Shown piece after piece: positions 10,427 through 20,211 of a stretch of 35,537 nucleotides of DNA. Origin of the DNA: Salisapilia sapeloensis CBS 127946 (Eukaryota; Protista; Oomycota); contig JAADVB010000203.1 in assembly GCA_023334545.1 (NCBI GenBank), forward strand, positions 1-35,537. The letters run 5' to 3'. Numbering within the stretch: position 1 is the first letter of the stretch; every line of letters begins with the position of its first letter. The position numbers and the translations under genes were made by a program. Under the pieces are notes generated by a model that was given only the letters and a program-made list of their open reading frames with translations, ran no database searches and had not been told where the DNA came from.

Positions 10427-11040
10427 TTTACTATTTTCGGTGTGCGCAGGATGTAGGGTAGAAGGATTCGAAAATGGTGTCGACAGAATCGTCGAGTAGT
10501 TGAGCGATGGGTGATAAATTCTTTAGTGTCGAGGTTTTTACTTGATGCAACAAGTGTGCAGAATGGACTGTTTACGAGTGAATGAAAGCTTTCGACTAGC
10601 GTGCGTGCAAGTCGGCGCGCTTTCGCGGAGAAGTCTAGCGTGCTTGCGTTCAAGACGTCTGGCGCGTTTCGTTCGAGAAGCGGAGGACCAGACAGTTGGG
10701 CTGTCTGGTGTGTTTGCTTTGTTTCGAGTGCCGGCTTGTGCACTTGGAGGTGATTCTGAAAATGAACGTCTGAGCGGAAAAAGTCCCGAAGCTTGCCTTT
10801 GCCGGTCCTATTTTCCGTTGCTTTTTTTCGGCCAACCCTCCGAGTGGGACGCGCCAACATTGTAGGTTTTGTATGCGGAAGAAAATAGACGGAAGATTAG
10901 GCGCTCCATAAGGTCAACGCGTACGTCCATTGCGATACGAGTTGCCGATGCAATCGCTTCCTACAGGGCCGATGTTGCCCTTCATCGGCAACATTGCCCT
11001 TTGCGCGCGACATGTCTAGCACAGGATTTTTCTTTTACAG

Positions 11041-11435
11041 ATGAGATGGAATGCTGACGGCTGCACCTGTATCTTTTGCTCGGCAACATCGGGATCCAGG
11101 TCCAAAAGGGAAGGAAACAGAGAAAAAGTTGAAGACATGTTCAATGCATGGAATAAGTAGCGGCGCGAGCAAGTAATGCGACCGCTAATGCCGCACAGCC
11201 GTTACTCATGTGCAGCATACCGTTCGTGACGGGTCACCAGTCGGATCCAAGTCGACAACAAGGAGGCAATGGCTGGCAGCTAGCGGAAACCGATTTGGAT
11301 TACTTTACAAAAAAGAAGCATATCATTTCCGAAGAGTTTCCCTTCATCCACAGCCGAGTCAATGCCGATGTTTCCTTTCGGAGAGAAAGCTCGGATCCGT
11401 GGGCTTCCGCATCCGAAGTTGCCCTAAGATTTTGA
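11041..11435 (+). CDS. Possible small spliced gene of unknown function (tentative)
   Basis: A strong acceptor TTTTCTTTTACAG ends at 11040. A 59-nt GT..CAG segment (11157-11215) joins MRWNADGCTCIFCS...NAWN in frame to IPFVTG...DLDYFTKKKHIISEEFPFIHS...ALRF*. I recognise no homology, and other models are possible. Confidence 0.25.
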
Positions 11436-11744
11436 CGCGCTCCAAGTTGAAGTGCCGGTGCCACTTTCTACCAACACTCCATCCACGGATCGCCAGTTTG
11501 TGACAATGCGCCAGCGACGTCAGAAGTGCACTCGAGGCATGAGGGGACGCCGTGACCAGACTATCCATCGCGAAACGCAGTAGTTCGCCAGTAAAGCACG
11601 CCAGCCACGGTAGAATAACGGTAGGAGGTAAGACGACAACACGATGCTCTCGAAAACTTGCTTTTCATTGCCTTCTTTCAAAAAGAAATTGCTGCACCAA
11701 GGGCAGTTAAAACGTCATGCCAAAATGCTACTACGAATATTTTG

Positions 11745-12557
11745 TTAACGTTGTCGCAAGGCAAACATCGTCACGGCGGCAACTCCGGCCAACACGGATG
11801 CCGTGGCCAGTGCCGCGCCTGAGCTGTACCAAGGCTCTGGTTTCTGTTCCTTGGGCTTTTCAAAGATGCCGCCCCAAGCTTGCTTTTCCTTTGAACGTTG
11901 CTGGTTTAGCAGCTGAGTCACCTGCTCCAGCAATTGCCGGCAAGCACTGTCTTTCGGACTTAGACGTACAGTCACGACCAAGTCCTGCTTGGCGTCAGCG
12001 TACCTGCCGAGCTTGAATCTTGCTTGGGCTCGACGGAATCGAGCTTTCGATGGCCATTCACGTAGCATCTGCGACTCCTTCACGCCCAGTCGTCCCATCC
12101 ACATCGCGACATTTCCGTCTTGATTCTCGCCAAGCACCTTTAAAATGCTTATAGCGTTTGTACAAGCTGTGTCGGCGTCCTGGTACGCATCGAGCTTGAG
12201 TTTGCACGCTCCGAGGTTCAAATGGCATCGGATCATCGTTTGCAGAATACTCGCCTTTTGCTTGTGTGTAGCATGGTCCTGGTCTACACGCTGCAAGTTG
12301 TTCAAAGCGCGGAGGTAGCTGTACACAGCTTCGTTCAACTCCTGCTTTTTAAATTGCCCGTTCCCAGTTTCCGTGAATTGAATCGCTTCGTCAATCATTT
12401 CATTCGCTGTCGGCTCTTTCGGTTTCTCTTCAACATACGTGACCGCAGACTTGTTCAAGTAGAAGACTGCCCATGAGCTCCGGACGACGTGCACGTCATC
12501 GTCACGAATCTCTTCGAGCTCACCTTCTCCAAACGGGGTAGTCACCTTCGTCGCCAT
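11745..12557 (-). CDS. Tail-anchored TPR (3-repeat, carboxylate-clamp type) co-chaperone with N-terminal SH3/Tudor-like module (270 aa)
   Basis: TPR-like helices TGNGQFKKQELNEAVYSYLRAL, CHLNLGACKLKLDAYQDA and KARFRRAQARFKLGRYADAKQDL. The C-terminal hydrophobic segment ALATASVLAGVAAVTMFAL is followed by RQR*. The N-terminus, KVTTPFGEGEL...WAVFYLN, is beta-rich. Confidence 0.85.
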   Translation of the reverse strand: MATKVTTPFGEGELEEIRDDDVHVVRSSWAVFYLNKSAVTYVEEKPKEPTANEMIDEAIQFTETGNGQFKKQELNEAVYSYLRALNNLQRVDQDHATHKQKASILQTMIRCHLNLGACKLKLDAYQDADTACTNAISILKVLGENQDGNVAMWMGRLGVKESQMLREWPSKARFRRAQARFKLGRYADAKQDLVVTVRLSPKDSACRQLLEQVTQLLNQQRSKEKQAWGGIFEKPKEQKPEPWYSSGAALATASVLAGVAAVTMFALRQR

Positions 12558-12790
12558 GGACCTCTAAATTCCAAATCTCTGGGTAAGTAGCGCTGAAGTA
12601 GTTTTAATCTACATTTTGTGTGAGAAGTAGCGTTATTATCAGAAGTAGTCGATTATTAGTTGTCTACTTCCTCCTAGGAGCTAACTACTGTCCATTCAAC
12701 TAATGAGGTGAACTCCATAATCACAAACGGATGAATGTCATTGGAAAAAAGAGTATATTGTCATGCAAAAGTTTCTAAGAAGCCAAGGCG

Positions 12791-15709
12791 CTAATCCATG
12801 AATGGAGAGGCTGTACGGAGTTTCTTATCCGAGATCCAGATCCGTAGTTTCTCCAAATGCTCCCGTTCTTCTTCCACCGGTTCTTCCTCCTCTTCATCCG
12901 CAAAAGCATTGTAGTCCTCTTGTTCGTAAAATACATCACTAGGTACTTCCGACTTGTTGTCAATTAGCCATTCCACATGCACTTCAATATCCGTCCGATT
13001 CGACACAAGCGGAAGCAAGTTCGTCACGAACCGTTGTCTTCCGACCGACGTCAAGTTCGGGATCTCACATCCTCGCACTGTGATCTGGTTCGCAGGTGTG
13101 CCTCCAATGATCGCACCAATCCACTCGCCGAGGTACTCGAGCTTGTCCGGTCGATCCTTGCACACGTCCATCCGGAGCGATTGCATCAGCTCTGGCGTAA
13201 ACGACTTGCATTTTTGCCGGATCTTGTACTCGGCTGTAGCTTCTTGCATGGCCAGCATCGCTTCCGATCCTTCCATGCCATGAGCGCCACTCTCATAGCA
13301 AGAGTTACAGAGCGTTGTGTCGGAGCACGAACTGCACGTCCACAGCGCTCCGGTGATGGGAGACATGCCACAGGACGAGCACTCGGAGTCTTCATGCACA
13401 AATGTCTTCCGGCGACGAAGCGCCGAGCCGAGGACGCTCGAGCCAAAGGACACGGCGGAACTGAGTCGACGGTAGAGTCCAGTCGGCGCCTCCGACTCGC
13501 TCGACGCATCACTACTACGTGTATAGCTATCATGCCTGTCTTCTGCCTGTCGGAGGAAGACCATGTTGCGAGGCGACTTGGCTGACGCGATGATCTCCTG
13601 GACTTGCGGCTCCGGCATATGTGGCTCGATGCGCGTGCCGTTAACGCTCACGAGGATGTCACCAACGACGACACCGGCACGGAAGGCAGGGCTGTGCCGG
13701 TCGACTTTGGCTACTTGGACAGACAGCTCGTCGTTGTCCAAGACCACCTTTACGAACATCCCGAGCTTGGGTTCCGCAAACGCGACGGAGAACGTGTGCT
13801 CCGACGCAGATGAACGACGAGTGCTGGCGGCACTAGCCGAGGTACGACGCTGGCTGCCGGTAGCAGCGTCACTCACAAACTTGGGTGGAGACGACCGGAC
13901 ACTGACGCGACGGATGCCATGGAGCTGACGAGAGCTCCACGGGTCTTTCGGGTTGCTAGGACCGATGAAGCGGTGGGAAGAAAAGTAGTCGTCTTCGTCT
14001 TCATCATCATAGTCCAAGTCCTCTTTACCTCCGTCATGCAGTGGCGTGCCTAGTTCCGACGCGTACTCGTCCTCTTCCACTTCCGATACGGGACTGACTT
14101 CCTGGTCCACTTCTTGCACAATCACTTTGGGTGAAGAAAGTTGACTGTCTCCTGATTCCATGCTGCTACGACGATCCGAGTGGTAGGAGCTGATGGAGCT
14201 CTGGTCATCTAGCATGGCTTCGAAACCATTTGGAGGAGAGCCTTGGGGAACGTAGGTGTCCATCTTGCCTGATTGGTTGCTCGAGCGTGGACTTGTACTG
14301 CAGTAAGAGCTATATTCATCTTCCTCGTCCAAAGATACAGACGGCGGATCTGCGATGGGAATGTGCTCACTAAACGACAGACCTGCATCCATGTACGAAT
14401 CTTGCGTCTTTAGAGGAGGAGAGGCCTTGTACGAAGGAGTCTCTTTCTCCAGTTCAAACGTGTCTGGCTCAAAGCTAGGAGAGTTGTCGCTCGCACTGGA
14501 TGCCGTCATGGATACGACCGGACTGAGTCCCATCGAATCGGAGGTGTTTGATGCTTCTGCAACGACACTGGATACAGTGCCAGGTGCACTTGGGATAGGC
14601 TCCGTCGACTCGAACGTAGATGGCTTATGGAAACCAAGCACTTCAGAGACATTCGCATACATGCTCAACGACATGGACACTTGCGTAGTGTCAGTAGATG
14701 TCGCTTCATGTACGTTTAGAATAGGCTCTATTGACTCCGGTACAGTCGTTTCTTCAGTAATCTCCTCAACTGCGTCACTAGATTCCACTGCCGGCTGGAC
14801 TGGACTAGGCTCGGTAGGTTCAGATATAGTAGTCACTTCAGTAGTGACATTGGATGCCGCTTCGGGTACGTTCGCGGTAGGCTCCGATGACTCAGACGCA
14901 GATGACTTGTGGAATCCGAGCACTTCAGAGACGCTCGCATACATGCTTAACGACATAGACACTTTGTTAGCGTCAGTAGATACTGCTTCCTGTATGTCTA
15001 GGTCAGGCTTTGTAGGTTCCGATACAGCAGTCTCTTCCGTAATATCCGCAGTCGTGTGGATAGATTCCACTGCTGACTCGACTGAAGACTCCGTCGATCC
15101 AGAGGGAGGAGTGGAGTCAGCGACGACACTGGGTGTCGATTTCGGTGCGACGGGCGTGGATTCAGTAGCTTCAGACATGGTAGATGCCTGCTGGAAACCC
15201 AGGACTTGAGCAACATTGGTGTACATGCCTGCGTACGAAAAGATCTTGTTTTCTTCCTGCACTGAGGGGACGGGAGTGGACCTAGGTACAGGTCGCTCGT
15301 TCGAATGTATGGCGTCAGCAGACTCTTCGTGAGCGGATAGTGGCGTGTGATCCTTAAAGCCTAGGACACGTACGACAGACTTGTACATGACAGACTCGTT
15401 AAGAGAGGACATTGGAGGTACCGACGAACCGGGTTGTGCCTTGGCAACGTCCTGTTCGACTGCGTCTGAAGCGTGAACGGAGTTCGAAGGGTACATGTCG
15501 TTTGTACCGGACGGATTTTTAATGGCAGCTTTACTGACGCCACTCGGCTCCTGTGCGTCCTCTGCACATCGGGGGGACTTGCTACCCAGCGCCTTATCCG
15601 AAGCGACCGATCCGATGTGTCCTCCGAACATCTCTGCCATCTTCCGAATCGAGGGATTAATCGTATGCGTGGCTTCCACCTCAGGCGTGCCGGACGATGG
15701 ACTCTCCAT
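12791..15709 (-). CDS. PDZ + ZZ-type zinc finger protein with long acidic Ser/Thr/Glu-rich repetitive N-terminus (972 aa)
   Basis: PDZ: FSVAFAEPKLGMFV...KVDRHSPAFRAGVVVGDILVSVNG. ZZ: CSSCGMSPITGALWTCSSCSDTTLCNSCYESGAH. One uninterrupted ORF. Confidence 0.88.
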   Translation of the reverse strand: MESPSSGTPEVEATHTINPSIRKMAEMFGGHIGSVASDKALGSKSPRCAEDAQEPSGVSKAAIKNPSGTNDMYPSNSVHASDAVEQDVAKAQPGSSVPPMSSLNESVMYKSVVRVLGFKDHTPLSAHEESADAIHSNERPVPRSTPVPSVQEENKIFSYAGMYTNVAQVLGFQQASTMSEATESTPVAPKSTPSVVADSTPPSGSTESSVESAVESIHTTADITEETAVSEPTKPDLDIQEAVSTDANKVSMSLSMYASVSEVLGFHKSSASESSEPTANVPEAASNVTTEVTTISEPTEPSPVQPAVESSDAVEEITEETTVPESIEPILNVHEATSTDTTQVSMSLSMYANVSEVLGFHKPSTFESTEPIPSAPGTVSSVVAEASNTSDSMGLSPVVSMTASSASDNSPSFEPDTFELEKETPSYKASPPLKTQDSYMDAGLSFSEHIPIADPPSVSLDEEDEYSSYCSTSPRSSNQSGKMDTYVPQGSPPNGFEAMLDDQSSISSYHSDRRSSMESGDSQLSSPKVIVQEVDQEVSPVSEVEEDEYASELGTPLHDGGKEDLDYDDEDEDDYFSSHRFIGPSNPKDPWSSRQLHGIRRVSVRSSPPKFVSDAATGSQRRTSASAASTRRSSASEHTFSVAFAEPKLGMFVKVVLDNDELSVQVAKVDRHSPAFRAGVVVGDILVSVNGTRIEPHMPEPQVQEIIASAKSPRNMVFLRQAEDRHDSYTRSSDASSESEAPTGLYRRLSSAVSFGSSVLGSALRRRKTFVHEDSECSSCGMSPITGALWTCSSCSDTTLCNSCYESGAHGMEGSEAMLAMQEATAEYKIRQKCKSFTPELMQSLRMDVCKDRPDKLEYLGEWIGAIIGGTPANQITVRGCEIPNLTSVGRQRFVTNLLPLVSNRTDIEVHVEWLIDNKSEVPSDVFYEQEDYNAFADEEEEEPVEEEREHLEKLRIWISDKKLRTASPFMD
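14520..15050 (-). repeat. Internal 282-nt (94-aa) imperfect tandem duplication in the PDZ-ZZ gene
   Basis: GCATACATGCT occurs at 14655 and 14937, 282 nt apart. The peptide ITEET...VSMSLSMYA.VSEVLGFHK.S..ES.EP occurs twice. Boundaries are approximate. Confidence 0.9.
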
Positions 15710-16181
15710 ACTCGATCTAGCTAGTTGCGACAGGGGAAGGTGGGGGTGATATGGGTAGCCACGACGCGATGTTGAGATGATCTTAGGGCCACTTCAGACA
15801 GGATGGGGTACTTTGTTCTTATACACGCCCCTCTTCTTTTCTTCGTCTCTTGCAAAACAGATTGCAGATCTTTTCGACAACATGACCGCGACAGCAGAGA
15901 GAAGCACGTGCAAGAATCTTCTTGGCGAAACGTGCATTGCCAGTAGGAAAAAAAAGATTCTTTTCTTTCGTACTGGACGCTCTGATTCGTTGAAAATACA
16001 ACATACAAAAACCAAGTACACTGCCATCAGCTGACTTGAACAAGCTGCGTACTCGTCTACTTCACGCCCAACAAGTCTAGGTATATCAACAAAATGAACG
16101 AGACGAGTGCCACTGATCCAGTAACCTCGTTCTAGCTTGTATTGTCTCGATTCAATAATGAAAGTGGTAAAAATGCCCGTG

Positions 16182-17893
16182 TCACGTCGACCCGGCCACA
16201 TCGGCTGTGCTGTTGGCCGACGTGAAGACGGATGGGAGTGCTCTATCTGTATTCGAACTGCTCGTCGAAATCGCATCAAACGGGTCATTCTGAAACAACG
16301 GGTTGCCCGAAGCTTGATTGCCTCCTTGCCCACGCGGATGCAAATACGAAGGCTGAGGGCCATAGTAAGCGGACGGGTGCATGCTCGCCACTTGCCGTCC
16401 AAACGCTGCAAGTGACGAAGATGAACTGGACGGTAGCGTCGAGTAGTTATTCGGATAATACGTTCCCCAGCCTCTTGTTTCTTGATTAGTACCACCAAAC
16501 TTGCTGTCTGGTCGGTGCAAAGACGACGATAGTTCGTTCATCTGACTGTCCATGAGACTGTCCAAGGCGCCAGTTTTCTCTGGACGCTGTCGCTTCTGCT
16601 CTGTCGCTTTCACTGTCTCATGGGCATTATTATCCTCCGGTTCACTCCTTTTCGACGGTGTTTCCGCCGGCTCGTGAGGAGGAAACGTCTCGTCCAGACC
16701 GATGGACGACGTGACATCCACAACGGACGCCATATCCGACTCGGCCACAAGAGATTCCGTGTACTGCGTCAATTGAGCCAATTGCGACCGCAGTTCTTCG
16801 TTCACACTCATCTCCTGCTCCAATCGCGTCGTGAGCTTCCTGTTACGTTCTCGAACTTGGTCGTAATTGCGCATCAGGTCCGAGTACTTTTGCTCTAATT
16901 CGGCATACGCGTTCTGTAGTCGCACAGACTTGTCTTCACGCGTGTGACCACCAGCCTGTTGTTCACTCGAGGCAGTCAGATCGGAGACACTGAGCTCACT
17001 CAAGCCAGAAGGAGACAGAGACGACAAAGTCGATCCGGTCTGGCACAACGCCTCAATGTACCGCGCGTTCGTCGACACCATGCCATCGAGCAAAGACTTC
17101 ATCTGTGCGCTTTCTCGCTGGAGGAAAAGAAGTTGGCGGTCAAAGACACTCAGATCCACGCGATGGGTCTGGTTCGAGGGAGACGGAAGTGGCTCCGGAC
17201 GACGGTGCTTGTCAGATTCACCTGCAGGCGACTCGCGTGGTCTGTCCATACCTGCGAGACTGTTGGCACTCCGGAAACTCGATCGTCGACGTAGCGTCGT
17301 GCGTCGAATCGGTGGTGGCGGTGGGATCTCAGTCGTAGTCGGTGTAGACGCTTCCTCCATATTCGAAGACAAGTCGGTGATCATGAATCTTCCTCGCTTT
17401 TCCGTTCTTCTCCTACATTTTCATTAGTTCAAGTTATGGAGTAAAAGGTGTGTGGGGCTTACTTGATCGTGCTATCCGAAGCTTCCGTTTTGGTCGAGTG
17501 TGCTTCCGGCGGAGGACTTGTCTGCGGTGAAAAGGATTCATCATCAGGCACGTCCGTTACGACGAATTTACGAGGACGCCGTTGTCGACGACCTCGGACG
17601 GCTGAATTGGTTAAAGACGTCGTCGGTCGATCACGAGAGGTGAGCGCAGGGGATTGCGTGGGATGGGACGGCGTCGCCATGGCCGAGAGTGCAGGCGAGG
17701 AAGCCGAATTCAGCTCGTGCCCAATAAATGCACTACGCAGTGTACCTGCTCGAGCTCGTGCAACGTCCTCGTTGAACTGTGGTCGTATATCCTCTAAACT
17801 ATGCCGCATTTCGGATGCCATGTCGTCGCCGCTCGACTGCATCGAAGGATCGTCCTGAGGCATCGTCTCCCTTCCGTTCGCTACCTCGCTCAT
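16182..17893 (-). CDS. Disordered Ser-rich protein with two coiled coils and RFxI/RxFxV motifs (~553 aa, 2 exons)
   Basis: Exons 17893-17463 and 17412-16182 are joined by a 50-nt intron (GTAAGC...CTAAT...TGTAG) that gives STIK|RRTEKRGRFMITDL. Heptad segments are VFDRQLLFLQRESAQMKSLL and LQNAYAELEQKYSDLMRNYDQVRERNRKL. Confidence 0.8.
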
Positions 17894-18673
17894 GATGGAT
17901 GAAAGAATAAGGGATCAAACCGACACGATCAAAAGGAAACTGCCTCTAGTGCTAGCAACAAGGTATAAGCTGGCCGCTGAGAGTGGAAGAGACTGGTACA
18001 GGCGGTGGAGGCTGCACTCGAGACAATATTCGTTTTGGTGTCCGCTTACACTTGCCTTCAGTATAGAACGTGAGTGCCATTCGAGTACCGTTCTACGAGC
18101 AGACGAGCCAGTGTATCTGGGTATTTCCGCCAATCCACGTATACTATCTGAATAATTTTTGGCCAATGATATAGACTGGAGGACATTTGAATGGTTGGCG
18201 CACGGGTTGGCGGCTCGGTAGCTTCTGCTCCATTCCCGAATTTACATCGTCGATACGACTTCTTTATTTATAGACCCGACTGGATTCGTGAGCGACCCTT
18301 CTTTCACAGTGGGGGTCCGCGAGTCGTGCTATCTCGCCCCGATCGTCTGTTTAGTAGCTCTGCTTTCGGGTGGAATCTACTGGACTCGGACACCTTTGTG
18401 AGGGATAAGCGATGCAAACAGTCGAATAGTAACGTCTCGGTGTCGAGCAGCGGACCGCGCTTTCGGGCTGCTGGAAAGCTGCTCCACTGATTGATGGCTT
18501 CATATTCCACGTCTCGTCTTATGTCACTTCGACCATGATAGTCGAGACTAACCATGGGCAAACATCTATTCTTGTAGACTAGCTAATCTTTAAATAGTAC
18601 TTTTATTTTCTTGTAAAGTGGATGTTCGTTTGAATCGTTGCGTATTGATCTAGAGTTGGGATAATTCGCTGGT

Positions 18674-19668
18674 ATGGGTGTGTTTGGCAGTCGTGAGTTT
18701 CGGAAAGAGGATAGAATGCTAGAGCAGAATGGGCTCTTTGTTCGTCACGCTATGCTTGGAGAATTGGAAAGTGTTCAGACAATGGTCAAGAAGAAGCAAG
18801 TCAAAGTCGATGCGCAAGACGTACTTCACTTCTTTCTAGGTTCAACTTTCGTCTGCTTACATGTCGAATAGCGATTTGGCATGACTGCTTTGCATTGGGG
18901 TACACATTTTCTATCACGAATATCATTCGACATAACTCTATACGGCCTCTAGCTGCATATACTGGGAAGATGGCAGTTGTCGAAGAGCTGTTGCGTATGG
19001 GCGCATCGCCGTCGGTGCATGATGAAAATGGGCGCAATGCTCTTCATCATGCCTGTCGTAAAGACCACGTCGAGATGGTTCGCTACCTCGTCACGGTCGT
19101 TGGCATTGACATCAATAGTACTAGCGAAAATAAAGAGACACCACTGCACAAAGCTGGTTCGTATCCCCTCCTATTTTATATCCATGAATTATTCACATCG
19201 AAATAGTTCGAGGTCGATGCATCAAGACAGTCGAAGTGCTTTTGCAACTCGGTGCCAATCCAAGCCTTCGAAACGACGTACAGACGTTTATCGTAGCACC
19301 AGTATTGATCCTAACCTTTCGATAGGTGAATCGGACACCTCTCGAGGAAACGAAATTCGCACTCGAAGCTAATCAAGTACGGTAATTAAACACTAGCGTA
19401 GTACATATCTTACTAGCATGCACAGGAAGCGGCAAAAGATCACTCCAATAACGAGAAAAAATGCTGGATGCCTGAGACTCCGACGCAACGAAGTCCATCG
19501 AGCAAAACTTTCATCGTTTCCATGTCCGAGAATAACTCCATGACCAACAAAGTTACTTTCCAAAGCGCTGGCAAGCGAGTGATCATGGCTTTGCGTGTGA
19601 ACAAAGTGCTATCGGGGAAAGAAAAGCTCGAGATCATCCAACGGCAACTCGAAAAGCATGCAACGTGA
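18674..19668 (+). CDS. Ankyrin-repeat protein (~247 aa, 6 exons)
   Basis: Exons 18674-18820, 18872-18899, 18953-19156, 19207-19277, 19326-19376 and 19426-19668, with introns of 48-53 nt. Spliced repeats read DAQDRFGMTALHWAAYTG, DENGRNALHHAC, SENKETPLHKAVRG and NDVNRTPLE. Confidence 0.9.
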
Positions 19669-19716
19669 TTGAGAAACGCCCGAAGGAAGTATATTCAGGA
19701 CCTTGGCAGACTAACT

Positions 19717-20211
19717 TTACTGCTGCGCCTCACGACGGTATCCATCCTGGCCACCACGACGCTAAAGAGAGTAATTTAGTACATGGAACGAGTAGCTAAG
19801 AGAGATAACAATAAAACGTACGAATTCGGGGTTGAAGTCGCCAGACGGACCCATGTTCTTGTCCTTGTCGAAGCGGCCGCGGCCGAATCCACCAGCCGAC
19901 GGCGGCTGCGGACGGGCAGGGCGAGCAGCCTGCTTCTTGAGCGTCGCCGGGACGATCTCAGCCGGCAGGTGCAAGTACTCGCGGAGGAACTCAATACCTT
20001 CGTTGGTCAAGTACCAGTAGTAGTACTGCCAGTTGAAGGTCTCCTTGACGTAGCCGCGGGACTTGAAGGACTGCATGAGCTTGATCACCTGGAGGTTCGG
20101 GACCTCAACGGCGTCGTGCTTGGGCAGCGAAAAGTCCTTCTTCGCGACCATGACACCTTCCTTGAAAAGGTAGGAGTAGACGGCAATACGGTTCTTCTTC
20201 GGGACGAGCAT
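19717..20211 (-). CDS. RPS10: 40S ribosomal protein S10 (eS10), 144 aa, 2 exons
   Basis: [26 protein letters not shown]...[48 protein letters not shown] 60-nt intron at 19762-19821 precedes the last exon [14 protein letters not shown]. Confidence 0.98.

Noticed and set aside
11041-11112. TPP-riboswitch-like words (TGAGA, CACCTG, GATCCAGG, AGGGAA)
   Set aside because: The spacing is wrong, and the CUGAGA, CCC and UAAU..GCG elements and P2-P5 pairing are missing. An Rfam RF00059 scan would settle it.
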